Part shown: one piece after another, positions 8,979 through 17,773 of the stretch
How the letters are laid out: every line of letters begins with the position of its first letter
Position numbering within the stretch: position 1 is the first letter of the stretch
DNA from: Gemmatimonadota bacterium
Lineage (GTDB): Bacteria > Gemmatimonadota > Gemmatimonadetes > Gemmatimonadales > GWC2-71-9
DNA length: 51,553 bases
NCBI GenBank assembly: GCA_040389605.1
Contig: JAZJZU010000019.1
Location: 1-51,553, forward strand
Direction: 5' to 3'
Notes under the pieces: generated by a model
What the model was told of the DNA's origin: nothing
The model's input: the letters and a program-made list of their open reading frames with translations, nothing else
Databases searched by the model: none
Position numbers and translations under genes: made by a program

Positions 8979-9556
8979 CTCGCGACGGCTCCGCGCTCGC
9001 TCCGGGGGAACCGTCGCATCCACTGCTCCACGTGCACCATCCAGCTCGCAATGAACTTCTGCGTCGATTCGTCGGTCAGCACGCCCTGCTCGTCGATCTT
9101 GTTCTGCACGTGCGATACCAGCACCTGGGGCCACGGCAGGCAGGGCGAGTTGAGTGTCGCGAGCGTCTGCCGCACCGCGGCCTGGGATCGCGTGGTGCCG
9201 ATCAAGCCGTTGCTCCCTCCCAGGATGGCAGTGGGCACGCCAAAGAACGCGTGCGGCACGCCGCGCGACAGCCAGTCGAGGGTGTTCTTGAGCACACCCG
9301 GAATCCCGTGGTTGTATTCCGGCGTGGCCAGGATCACCCCGTCGGACTCGCGGATCGCCTGATGCAGTCGTGTCACCGCTTCGGGATTGCCCTCCGCCTC
9401 GACATCCTCATTGAAGAGCGGAATGTCGAGGATCGAATGGACCGTGAGGTTGACGCTCCCGGGGAGCGCTCCCTGCACGTGACGGAGCAATGCCGAGTTG
9501 TAGGAGGCGGCGCGCAACGACCCAGAGAAACCCACGAGGTTCAGCACTTCCGGCAT
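8975..9556 (-). CDS. NAD(P)H-dependent FMN reductase (ChrR/YieF-like)
   Basis: 193 aa. LVGFSGSLRAASYNSALL and ILATPEYNHGIPGVLKNTLDWLS are the family signatures. The ATG start overlaps the upstream stop (TGATG). Confidence 0.85.
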   Translation of the reverse strand: MPEVLNLVGFSGSLRAASYNSALLRHVQGALPGSVNLTVHSILDIPLFNEDVEAEGNPEAVTRLHQAIRESDGVILATPEYNHGIPGVLKNTLDWLSRGVPHAFFGVPTAILGGSNGLIGTTRSQAAVRQTLATLNSPCLPWPQVLVSHVQNKIDEQGVLTDESTQKFIASWMVHVEQWMRRFPRSERGAVAS

Positions 9557-10491
9557 CAGGTACTCCAGTCGGCCCGGGGATCGGGCAAGGGGGTCAGTCG
9601 CGCCTCGATCGCAGCACGCTGCGACTCGAACTGCGGGGGAAGAATGATCCGCTTGCCGAGTTCGGCAACCGGAGAATCCACGGTAAAGCCGGGGCCCTTC
9701 GACGCCAGCTCGAACAGCACACCGCTCGGCTCACGATAGTAGATCGAGCGGAAGTAATGCCGATCAATCACCGGCGTAGAGGATACACCGGCCTGATGCA
9801 GACGCTGCAGCCAGGCATCGTGCTCTTCCATTTCGGTGGCCCACGCCACGTGATGCACCGTCCCGCCCCCCTGTCGACCGGGAAGATCCGGGGGCGGATC
9901 GTATGCGATCGTGCCGCTACGCGAACTCCCCTCGAGTTCCCACTCCTGCTCGCCGACCAGCTCGGCGCCCATCACACCTTCAAGCAGCTGCCGCGTGGCC
10001 GTGGTCCGCGCGCCATAGGCCCGCACCCCCTCGAAACCGACCAGGGCAAAGGCGTGTGGAATCTCCCGGTGCTCCGCAATCAGCGGGGCGTCGGTGACGT
10101 CCTGCACCACCAGTTCCAGCCCCAGCCCCTCGGGGTCGGCAAACCGGAGATGGCGTCCGTGCCGCTCGGTGGCAATTCCCTCGGCGGCGAGGCGTGTGGC
10201 CCAGAAGTCGAGCGCAGCATCGGAGGTCACGCGGAAGGTGATGCGATGCACCATCCCTGCTCCCGCCCTCCCGGGGAGTGCACCGGGATACTCGAAGAAG
10301 GTCAGGTCGGAGCCGGGTGAACCCACCTCGTCCGCGTAGAAGAGGTGGTAGACGCTGGGGTCGTCCTGATTCACCGACTTCGCCACCAGCCGCAGGCCCA
10401 TCACGCGGGTGTAGAAGTCAAGATTGCCCCGGGAATCACCAGTGATGCAGGAGATGTGATGAATCCCGTCGAGTCGCATATTGTTTTCCAT
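9556..10491 (-). CDS. two-domain ring-cleaving (hydroquinone-type, MhqO/MhqA-like) VOC dioxygenase
   Basis: GIHHISCITGDSRGNLDFYTRVMGLRLV...HLFYADE...GTVHHVAW...DRHYFRSIYYREPSGVLFELA. The start is set at ATG 10491 (MENNMRLDGIHH) with GGAG 9 nt upstream; the track ORF is over-extended to 10575. Confidence 0.85.
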   Translation of the reverse strand: MENNMRLDGIHHISCITGDSRGNLDFYTRVMGLRLVAKSVNQDDPSVYHLFYADEVGSPGSDLTFFEYPGALPGRAGAGMVHRITFRVTSDAALDFWATRLAAEGIATERHGRHLRFADPEGLGLELVVQDVTDAPLIAEHREIPHAFALVGFEGVRAYGARTTATRQLLEGVMGAELVGEQEWELEGSSRSGTIAYDPPPDLPGRQGGGTVHHVAWATEMEEHDAWLQRLHQAGVSSTPVIDRHYFRSIYYREPSGVLFELASKGPGFTVDSPVAELGKRIILPPQFESQRAAIEARLTPLPDPRADWST

Positions 10492-10511
10492 CGTTTCGTG
10501 CTCCAGGTCCG

Positions 10512-10862
10512 TCAGGACCGCTTCTTCTTCTTGGCTGGAGCTCGCTGGGCCGCCTCCCGGGCCAGCAGCACCCACGGAGCCAACACCTCGACGTCCTCCA
10601 GTAGTTCCCCGGGGACGGCGTAGTACCCCATCGACGACCCCTCCGCGCCAAAGGGCTTGAACGCGGGCCAGCCCTCTGCCAGGAAGCGCTCTCGATTCTG
10701 AGCATCGCCCTTGAGGTAGACCACGTCATCAGCCAGCAGGGCGAAGGTCCCCTCCGGGCCGGCGATGCTCACCCCCCCGAACATCGCCCGGGCGGCGGCC
10801 CCTGGGACGAGGCGGCGGAGCTGCTCCAGTATGAAGTCTCGAAAACCCGGCGATACCGGCAT
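10512..10862 (-). CDS. TfoX/Sxy N-terminal-domain family protein
   Basis: FRDFILEQLRRL...RAMFGGVSI...FALLADDVVYLKGD...YYAVPGELLED matches the TfoX_N pattern. ATG 10862 has GGAGG 6 nt upstream. Confidence 0.75.
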   Translation of the reverse strand: MPVSPGFRDFILEQLRRLVPGAAARAMFGGVSIAGPEGTFALLADDVVYLKGDAQNRERFLAEGWPAFKPFGAEGSSMGYYAVPGELLEDVEVLAPWVLLAREAAQRAPAKKKKRS

Positions 10863-11204
10863 CCCTGTCCTCCCGATTCTGGCCTCCCGGAACGTACCCC
10901 CGGCGGGCACCCCCGACACCCCTTGCCGGTCGGGAGACCCCCTCCCCTATTGCGCAAACCCGCAATCTGGTGTTCCTTTGGGGCTACGGTCGCTTCACCC
11001 GACGGGGTGGAGGCAGGCTTCAGGGACGCTGTGAAGGGATCGGCGTTGAGCCGGTCCCTTTCTGATTTCCCGACCGTACGCACCGAACGGCAGGAGCTGT
11101 TCACTGTGGAGGCCGCCCCCGCCGCGAGGGTATGATCGCGAACCTGTAGTCGGTCAGCACGGCATCGTCCGGACTCCGATTACACCATCCAGGAGTAGGA
11201 CAGT

Positions 11205-11417
11205 ATGCGTACGACCGGCACTGTGAAGTGGTTCAACGACGCGAAGGGCTTTGGATTCATCACCCCCGAGAATGGCGAAAAGGATTGCTTCGTCCATCAC
11301 TCGGCCATCCAGGCTCAGGGCTTCAAGTCGCTTACCGAAGGTGAGCGCGTTGAGTTCGATATCGTTCAGGGCCAGAAGGGCCCGGCGGCAGAGAACGTCG
11401 TGAAGCTCGGCCGCTAA
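11205..11417 (+). CDS. cold-shock protein, CspA family
   Basis: 70 aa. [31 protein letters not shown] contains the RNP1/RNP2 motifs. AGGAG SD upstream. It is preceded by a 285-nt gene-free region, so a long leader is possible (a TATGAT hexamer lies at 11131-11136). Confidence 0.95.
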   Translation: MRTTGTVKWFNDAKGFGFITPENGEKDCFVHHSAIQAQGFKSLTEGERVEFDIVQGQKGPAAENVVKLGR

Positions 11418-11453
11418 GGCCAAGCGTCGGGGCCTTCGAGCCACGACACCGGG

Positions 11454-11491
11454 ACGGGCGCCTCACGAAAGTGGGGCGCCCGTTTCGTTTC
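11454..11491 (+). terminator. rho-independent terminator of the csp gene
   Basis: ACGGGCGCCTCAC-GAAA-GTGGGGCGCCCGT forms a 13-bp stem (one T.G wobble) with a GAAA tetraloop, followed by TTCGTTTC. It begins 37 nt after the csp stop. Confidence 0.65.
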
Positions 11492-11507
11492 TGGCCCTTC
11501 CGTCGGG

Positions 11508-14500
11508 TCAGCCCCCGGCGCGGAGAAGCGCGGCCCGGGAATGGAGCGCGTGCCAGCGGGCGAGCAGCCGCTGCAGCGAATCCAGCGCAGCGAGTGCACC
11601 GCGACGTGCCGTCAGCGTGGGCGAGGCATCGGACTCCTGCAGCAGCCCCATCATCGAGGTCAGTTCGCCACTCACCCGCGAGAATGTGGCGCTCGTGTCC
11701 CCTCCTCCACCGCCTCCGCCCCGGCCGCCGCGCCCGCTTCCCGCGAGTGCCGCCAGTTCACGGTCGAGGGCATCGGCAGCAGGCGTCCCCTTCTGGCGAG
11801 CCAGCGCCGTCCGCGCCCTGGCGATCCCCTCGAGCGCCGTGTGCGCCGAATCAATGCCATCGTACAGCCGCAGGGAAAGTGACGACTGCTGCTGCAGGGC
11901 AACGGCCGGGGTATGGACCCGGGGGTCGAGCTTCACGATCAGGGGCTGTTCCTGGCGCACGGAGCCGACGGTCAGGCGCACGGTGTACCGACCCGGGGTG
12001 GCCCACGGTCCGATCGGCAGCGGAGCGGTGTTGTGGGGCACCGCAGACATCGGATAGCTGAACGACGTGGTCCCTGCGGGGGGACCGTAGTGCACATCCC
12101 ACAGGAAGCGATGCAGCCCTGCCCCGGCGCTCAGGAGCAGAGTCGGGCGCATCCAGTAGGCGGGAGTGTTGCCCTGATCGGCAATCGTGAGGGCCGTGTC
12201 GCTACTGGCGTAGTGTCGCACGATCCGGCCCGCAGCATCCAGGATGTCGAGCGTCACCGGGCCCGTGGCGTCGGACTTGAGCCAGTAATCGATCACGGCT
12301 CCGTCCGGCGGGTTCTCGCCAGCTGGCTCGTCGGGCGGGAGCGGCGTGTCGGTGTTCGTGCTCCAGCGTACCCGCCAGGCATTGGCCGGCGCGAACAGAT
12401 GCACGGCCTTCGCGGTGATCATCGGCGTGGCCTGTCGCAGCGGCGTGACGTCATCGAGGATCCAGAAGCCCCGGCCGTGCGTCCCGATGACGAGGTCGTT
12501 GTCCTTCACCACCACATCGCGGATCGAGGTGATCGGGAGGTTATTCCGCAACGAAAACCAGTGATCGCCATCGTCGAGCGATGCGTACACGGTGCGTTCG
12601 GTGGCGGCATAGAGCAGCCCCTTCCGCTTCGGATCCTCCCGGACAGCATTCACCGTCTCCCCATCGGGAATTCCGGTAGTGATCTGCGTCCACGTGGCTC
12701 CGCCATCGTGGGTCCGGTAGATGTGCGGCCTGAGATCGTCGAGCCGGATCGTGTTGATCGCCGCGTAGGCCGTCGCGGGATCACTGCGCCCGGCATCGAT
12801 GAGCGACACCTTCGCCCAGGGCGTCAGCGCTGGTGGCGTCACATTCGTCCAGTGCAGGCCGCCGTCACGCGTCACCTGAATCAGCCCGTCGTCGGTGCCG
12901 GCCCAGATGGTCCTGATGTCGACATACGATGGTGCCAGCGTATACACCACACCGCGCTGCGTCGGCCTGGCGGCCGGCGTATCGCGGTACACGCCCACGC
13001 TCGCGGGAACGTCCCAGCTCTTCCGCGTCAGGTCAGGCGAGATCTGCGTCCAGCTCGAGCCGCCGTTAAGCGTCTTCCACACCACGTTCTGGCCGAAGTA
13101 GAGCGTGTGGGGATCAACGGGCGAAAAGAGGAGCGGCGCTGTCCGGACTGCGCGATAGCCGCCGCCGCGCTGGGCCGTGGGTCCCACCTGCTGGGTCTGC
13201 CCCGTGCGCCGGTCGTACCGCGACACCTTTCCGCCATATACGACATCGGGGTCGAGCGGGTCCGCCGCGACATAGCCGTACTCCTCGACGCCAACCGGGT
13301 GCCATTCGCGGAACGTGATCTGGCCATCGTTGCCACGGCTCGCGACGCACGCCGAGCCGCTCTCCTGCTGGCCGCCGCAGACGCGATAGGGAAAGGCATT
13401 GTCAGTCGAGACGTGGTAGAACTGGGCCGTGGGCTGATTGTACCACGAACTCCAGCTCTCCCCGCCGTTGGGGGTGATCACTGCGCCCTGATCGGCGGCG
13501 ATGATGATGATCTCGGGGTGAAGCGGATTGATCCAGATTCGCTGATAGTCATCGCCCCCCGGCGCCCCGCGGAATGCCGTGAAGGTCTTGCCGCCATCGA
13601 CTGACTTCCACGCGACGATGCTGGCCGTGAAGATGATGTCGGGGTTATTCGGGTGCACCTTGATCTCGGCCATATCGGAGCCACGCGAAACCACGCGCTG
13701 GTCCTCGGTCACGCGAGTCCAGCTCTCACCAGCGTCGTCGGAGCGATAGAGCCCGGGATTCCGGTTGGCATCGACCGATGCATACATCCGCTTCGGATCA
13801 CTCGGCGCAATCGCGATGCCGATCCGGCCGAGGCCGTCGTTCGCAAAGTCCGGCAGCCCCCGCGTCAGCTGGCGCCAGGTCGTGCCACCGTCGGTCGACT
13901 TGAACAGCCCGCTGTTCGCCCCGTTCCACGCGGCATTCTCCCAGGGGCCCTGGCGGGCTTCCCACAGCACGGCGAACACCGTATTCGCGTCAGTAGGATC
14001 AAAGGCGAGGTCAACGCCGCCGGTGTTGTCGTCGCGCCCCAGCACCTTCGTAAACGTCGCGCCGCCGTCGAGCGATCGATAGATCCCGCGTTCCGCGTTG
14101 GGGCCGTAGGGGTGCCCGAGGACGGCCACGAAGAGCCGATCCGGATTGCGCGGATCGACAATGATCTGGGGAATCTGCTGGCCGTCGCGCAAGCCGAGAT
14201 GCGTCCAGTGCTTGCCTGCATCGACCGACTTGTACATCCCGTCACCAGTCGAAAGATCGGGACGCTGCAGTCCTTCGCCACTGCCGACATAGAGGATGTC
14301 GGGGTTGGACGGCGCCACTGCGATCGCTCCGATGGAGCCCGTGGGCTGATCATCGAAGATCGGCTTCCAGGTGATGCCGTAGTCGGTGGTCTTCCACACG
14401 CCACCATTGGTGACACCGATATAGAAGAGATTCGGTTGCGTGGGCACGCCGACGGCCGACTTGGTGCGCCCGCCGCGGAAGGGGCCGATCATTCGCCAGC

Positions 14501-14609
14501 GAAGCGCCCCGAAGGTTCCCTCCGGCATCGCCTGCGCGACCGCGGCGGTCGCGCCCGCGCCCAGGAGCAGGACCAGAACAACGAGACCACGGGCAATGCG
14601 TGTCAGCAT
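11508..14609 (-). CDS. large secreted BNR/Asp-box repeat protein (sortilin/VPS10- or xyloglucanase-like double propeller)
   Basis: 1033 aa with a signal peptide. It has at least 10 Asp-box motifs (SVDAGKHWT, SLDGGATFT, STDGGTTWR, SDDAGESWT, SVDGGKTFT, TRDGGLHWT, THDGGATWT and others). A Gly-rich linker (GSGRGGRGGGGGGGD) precedes a helical tail. Confidence 0.85.
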   Translation of the reverse strand: MLTRIARGLVVLVLLLGAGATAAVAQAMPEGTFGALRWRMIGPFRGGRTKSAVGVPTQPNLFYIGVTNGGVWKTTDYGITWKPIFDDQPTGSIGAIAVAPSNPDILYVGSGEGLQRPDLSTGDGMYKSVDAGKHWTHLGLRDGQQIPQIIVDPRNPDRLFVAVLGHPYGPNAERGIYRSLDGGATFTKVLGRDDNTGGVDLAFDPTDANTVFAVLWEARQGPWENAAWNGANSGLFKSTDGGTTWRQLTRGLPDFANDGLGRIGIAIAPSDPKRMYASVDANRNPGLYRSDDAGESWTRVTEDQRVVSRGSDMAEIKVHPNNPDIIFTASIVAWKSVDGGKTFTAFRGAPGGDDYQRIWINPLHPEIIIIAADQGAVITPNGGESWSSWYNQPTAQFYHVSTDNAFPYRVCGGQQESGSACVASRGNDGQITFREWHPVGVEEYGYVAADPLDPDVVYGGKVSRYDRRTGQTQQVGPTAQRGGGYRAVRTAPLLFSPVDPHTLYFGQNVVWKTLNGGSSWTQISPDLTRKSWDVPASVGVYRDTPAARPTQRGVVYTLAPSYVDIRTIWAGTDDGLIQVTRDGGLHWTNVTPPALTPWAKVSLIDAGRSDPATAYAAINTIRLDDLRPHIYRTHDGGATWTQITTGIPDGETVNAVREDPKRKGLLYAATERTVYASLDDGDHWFSLRNNLPITSIRDVVVKDNDLVIGTHGRGFWILDDVTPLRQATPMITAKAVHLFAPANAWRVRWSTNTDTPLPPDEPAGENPPDGAVIDYWLKSDATGPVTLDILDAAGRIVRHYASSDTALTIADQGNTPAYWMRPTLLLSAGAGLHRFLWDVHYGPPAGTTSFSYPMSAVPHNTAPLPIGPWATPGRYTVRLTVGSVRQEQPLIVKLDPRVHTPAVALQQQSSLSLRLYDGIDSAHTALEGIARARTALARQKGTPAADALDRELAALAGSGRGGRGGGGGGGDTSATFSRVSGELTSMMGLLQESDASPTLTARRGALAALDSLQRLLARWHALHSRAALLRAGG

Positions 14610-14630
14610 CGGTGTGCTCCAGCGGTAAGG

Positions 14631-15764
14631 TTAGTCGAGAAAGTCGCGAAGCAGTGCGGTGTCGCCCGTCGTGACCAGTTGCGCCACACCCCGGCCACAG
14701 ACGGCCCCCACCACGTTGCCGGTGCCATTGTATCCACCCAGTGCCCAGACCCTCGGGCGAACCTCGGCCACGAGCGGCAGCCCCGAGGCGGTGTAGCTCA
14801 CGACCCCGGCCCAGCGGTGCGTGATCGGCGCTCGCACGTGCAGCTGCTCGCGCAGCAGTCCTTCGAGCAGTCCTTGAAGTTCCGGGCTGGTACTGGGGTC
14901 ATCCGTCCATTCGGCGTCGCCACCGGCGTCGCGAAATCCGCCGATGGCAATCGACTGGTCGGGAAGCTGCTGGAAATATTCGAAGCCATAACGCAGGTAC
15001 ACCGGCCGCGGAAACGTCACCTCCGGCGCGGGCGCTGTCGCGAGCATCTGCAGGCGGACGCTGCGCACCTGGTCGGCAATCTCGGGGAATAGCAGGGCCA
15101 GTCCGCCATCGACCGCCACGATCACGCGTGGCGCGCGAATGGTTCCGTTGGCGGTGACCACGGCCCCACCCTGCACATCGATTGCGGCGGTGCCCTCAAA
15201 GAGTCGCGCACCCGCGAGACTCGCGCGCGTCGCGAGGTCGCGACAACGCAAGAGCGGGTTGAACACGCCGTCGGCCGGGAAGAGCAGCCCATCGCCCTCC
15301 GGGCCGTGGTAGCGCTCCACCGGCAGGCCGTCGGCGATCATCACCCCGTACTGCGCCTCACAGTCCTTCAGCTCGTCGTCAGAGGCCGCGATGCGCAGCG
15401 AGCCCACGCGTCGAATCAGCGCGGGCGTCTCGGCGGTCATTCGATCCATCTCCGCGAGCGTGCGGCGATAGAGTGCGGTCGCGCGATCGTGGCCGAGTGC
15501 GGCCGCTGCATCGTGGTGGAAGGCCGCGACGCCCGCGAGGAAGAAGCCGCCGTTCCGGCCGCCAGCGCCTCCACCAACCGCGCCGGCATCGACTCCCGCG
15601 ACCCGCGCACCTTGCGTCAGCAGTTCGTGAATGCAGGCGAGGCCCGAACCTCCGAGTCCCACCACGCACACATCGGCTGTCGTGTCGCCGCGCAACGGCG
15701 AATAGCCGAGCCAGTGTCCGTCGTCCCAGATCGGCGTGCTGCTCGCGAGCGCGGCGTCGGTCAC
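14631..15764 (-). CDS. FAD-dependent oxidoreductase (DAO family)
   Basis: DVCVVGLGGSGLACIHELLTQGARVAGVDAG is a Rossmann GxGxxG motif. The start is set at GTG 15764, 9 nt after GAGGAG. The track ORF (to 16331) runs into the M24 peptidase gene in another frame. Confidence 0.8.
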   Translation of the reverse strand: MTDAALASSTPIWDDGHWLGYSPLRGDTTADVCVVGLGGSGLACIHELLTQGARVAGVDAGAVGGGAGGRNGGFFLAGVAAFHHDAAAALGHDRATALYRRTLAEMDRMTAETPALIRRVGSLRIAASDDELKDCEAQYGVMIADGLPVERYHGPEGDGLLFPADGVFNPLLRCRDLATRASLAGARLFEGTAAIDVQGGAVVTANGTIRAPRVIVAVDGGLALLFPEIADQVRSVRLQMLATAPAPEVTFPRPVYLRYGFEYFQQLPDQSIAIGGFRDAGGDAEWTDDPSTSPELQGLLEGLLREQLHVRAPITHRWAGVVSYTASGLPLVAEVRPRVWALGGYNGTGNVVGAVCGRGVAQLVTTGDTALLRDFLD

Positions 15765-15777
15765 GTTCCGAGGCTCC

Positions 15778-17073
15778 TCACGGGAACGGTTGTTCGATGG
15801 ACGGGCTCTGGGGCGAGAAGAAATGCGGGCCGTCGTCACCGATGTACAGGCAGTCCTCAAGCCGGATGCCGAACTCGCCATAGATCGCAATCGTCGGCTC
15901 GTCGCTGAAGCACATCCCGGGGCGAATCGGGGTGGTGTTGCCCTTGACGAAGTTGGTCCATTCGTGACCGTCCATTCCGATACCGTGACCGGTGCGGTGC
16001 GGCAGGCCAGGCACCTTGTAGCCAGGGCCAAAGCCGGCATCGACCAGCACCTTGCGGGCGGCGTCATCGACCGAGCCACAGGTGGCCCCGATCCGTGCGG
16101 CGGCAAAGGCCGCGCTCTGCGCCCGGTGCTCAAGATTCCAGATCTCGGTCTGACGCGCCGTGGGCCTGCCGAATACCGTGGTCCTCGTGATGTCGGACTG
16201 ATACCCCTCGACGGCACAGCCCGAATCGAGCAGCACGATGTTGCCGTCGCGCAGCTGCTGGGGCTGGATGGTGCCGTGCGGAAAGGCAGACGCGGCACCA
16301 AAGCCCGCGAGCGACCAGGTGTCCTGTCCACCCAGCCGGGCCATCGCTGCCGTCATATTGCCGGTGAGATCGTGTTGCGACATCCCCTCGCGCAGCGTCG
16401 CGAACACGGCCTTGAACGCGGCCACGGTGATGTCGGTCGCGCGCTGCATCAGGGCGAGTTCGGCTGGCGACTTGTACATCCGGCAGCCTGCGGTCACCGG
16501 GTCGGCACTCCGCCACTCAAGCGCCGGTGCGACCTGACGGACGCCATCCATCACGAAGAAGCGCATCCGTTCTTCCACGCCCACACGACCCGCCCGGACA
16601 CCGCGATCACGCAGCACCCCGTTGATCACGCGGTAGGGGCTCTCGTCTTCCTGCCAGGCCCGCACTTCGGCCGGGAAGCTCAGGAGCTCGCGCGCACGCG
16701 CCTCCTCGAAGCCGGGGCAGATGAACGCGACCTCACCCCGCGCCGGCATCACGGCAACAAAGGGACGCTCCGAGAGCGACCACGGCCGCTTCATTCCCAG
16801 GAAGTAATCCAGGCTCGACCCCGGCTCGAGCAGGATGGCCGCGAGACCGTTCTCGCGCATCAGTCGCTGCGCCTTCTCCCGCCGCGCTTCCCGCTCCGAC
16901 AGTGAAATCGGCACGATCCCGTCGGTCATCGGCTTGAGCGACCGGATCGGCTCCGGGAGATTGCAGGGGTCTGGTGTGGCGGGGGCTTCTGCGAGGAGGG
17001 CCGAAGCAGGGAGGGCGCTGGCGCCGACCAGCCCGGCACAGAGGCCGGTGAATCGACGGCGGTCAATACGCAT
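15778..17073 (-). CDS. M24-family metallopeptidase (Xaa-Pro aminopeptidase/prolidase-like) with a twin-arginine signal
   Basis: DSGCAVEGYQSDITRT, HRTGHGIGMDGHEW and IRLED are M24 metal-ligand motifs. The start is set at ATG 17073, giving MRIDRRRFTGLCAGLVGASALPASALLA, which is Tat-like. Confidence 0.85.
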   Translation of the reverse strand: MRIDRRRFTGLCAGLVGASALPASALLAEAPATPDPCNLPEPIRSLKPMTDGIVPISLSEREARREKAQRLMRENGLAAILLEPGSSLDYFLGMKRPWSLSERPFVAVMPARGEVAFICPGFEEARARELLSFPAEVRAWQEDESPYRVINGVLRDRGVRAGRVGVEERMRFFVMDGVRQVAPALEWRSADPVTAGCRMYKSPAELALMQRATDITVAAFKAVFATLREGMSQHDLTGNMTAAMARLGGQDTWSLAGFGAASAFPHGTIQPQQLRDGNIVLLDSGCAVEGYQSDITRTTVFGRPTARQTEIWNLEHRAQSAAFAAARIGATCGSVDDAARKVLVDAGFGPGYKVPGLPHRTGHGIGMDGHEWTNFVKGNTTPIRPGMCFSDEPTIAIYGEFGIRLEDCLYIGDDGPHFFSPQSPSIEQPFP

Positions 17074-17193
17074 ACTGGTGGCTCGCGGGTGAGGTCTTCC
17101 TGAAGATAGACCACCCTGCCCGTTGCGCCACGCAGCAGACCCCGCCCCGGTGAACACCGGAGCGGGGTCAGGCGCGCTGCCAGTGCACCGCAA

Positions 17194-17532
17194 CTATTCG
17201 CGGTCGATCGTCAGGACAACCGGAGAACCGGCCGTGGCCACGATGGTATAGTTGTCGGTGCCGACCGCCACGAAGGTCGTCCCGGTCACGTCGGCACCAG
17301 TGCCGCTGCCGGTCACGGTATACGAGCCGAGGGGCAGGTCGACGAAGTCGGAGGTCGCTCCGGCGGCCACCGAGCTGATGGTCACCGCACCGCCAGCGGA
17401 GTTGGTCACCACCACGCTGATCGCCGAGGAGCTCTCGTTCCGCACGCGGACTTCGGAGGAGTCGGTATGGGCGCAGCTCATCAGGGTGAAGGCGCTGAGC
17501 ACTGCTGCGAGACGTAGACCAACGGTACGCAT
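17194..17532 (-). CDS. small Ser/Thr/Gly/Val-rich lipoprotein, function unknown
   Basis: Start at ATG 17532 with a GAGG SD. Signal peptide with lipobox: MRTVGLRLAAVLSAFTLMSC. The mature part is beta-rich. Confidence 0.55.
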   Translation of the reverse strand: MRTVGLRLAAVLSAFTLMSCAHTDSSEVRVRNESSSAISVVVTNSAGGAVTISSVAAGATSDFVDLPLGSYTVTGSGTGADVTGTTFVAVGTDNYTIVATAGSPVVLTIDRE

Positions 17533-17773
17533 AGAAACCTCTGGTTCGGGTGAGGGCGCGGCGGCCTGGTCAGTTTGCCCCAGAGCGCCGCACCTGCAGA
17601 GAAGATGACGCCTGAGTCGGTCGGCGTGCCACATCGTGACGCCGGGGCCTCCTGCCGCGGCCTCCCGGGGGAGGGCCGGAGGCTTGCTCCGCTCCCTCGC
17701 CCCGATATTGTTTACGGCTCCCCCCAGCACTCGCCCTTCCCACTCCGATTCAGACCACGACCCGGGAATCCCT

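Noticed and set aside
8527-9051. Alternative ORFs in the 8.5-9.1 kb region (8527-9051 minus strand, 8428-8934 plus strand) that compete with the 124-aa hypothetical gene.
   Set aside because: They are Arg/Gly/Ala-rich with no structure-like pattern. The frame I chose has balanced composition and a TTGA coupling to the FMN-reductase stop. Confidence in the chosen gene is still only moderate.
10923-11135. A 70-aa plus-strand ORF in the 285-nt region upstream of the csp gene.
   Set aside because: It has no SD and Pro/Arg/Ala-rich composition. The region is more plausibly the csp promoter and long 5' leader. I also could not define a convincing -35/-10 pair, since only a TATGAT hexamer is present, so no promoter feature is reported.
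11699-11745. A GC-rich low-complexity tract (CCTCCTCCACCGCCTCCGCCCCGGCCGCCGCG...) that looks like a simple repeat.
   Set aside because: It lies in frame inside the 1033-aa BNR protein and encodes a Gly/Arg-rich linker (GSGRGGRGGGGGGGD). It is not a CRISPR array, a tandem repeat array or a regulatory element.
14631-16331. 5'-extended versions of real genes in the ORF track. Examples: 14631-16331, 29625-31037, 17194-17871, 23396-24352, 27695-28606, 34571-35413, 33703-34560, 44698-45492, 17636-20140.
   Set aside because: The extensions are Arg/Pro-rich and overlap the preceding gene. They lie upstream of an internal start that has an SD and/or produces a proper signal peptide or the family-typical N-terminus.
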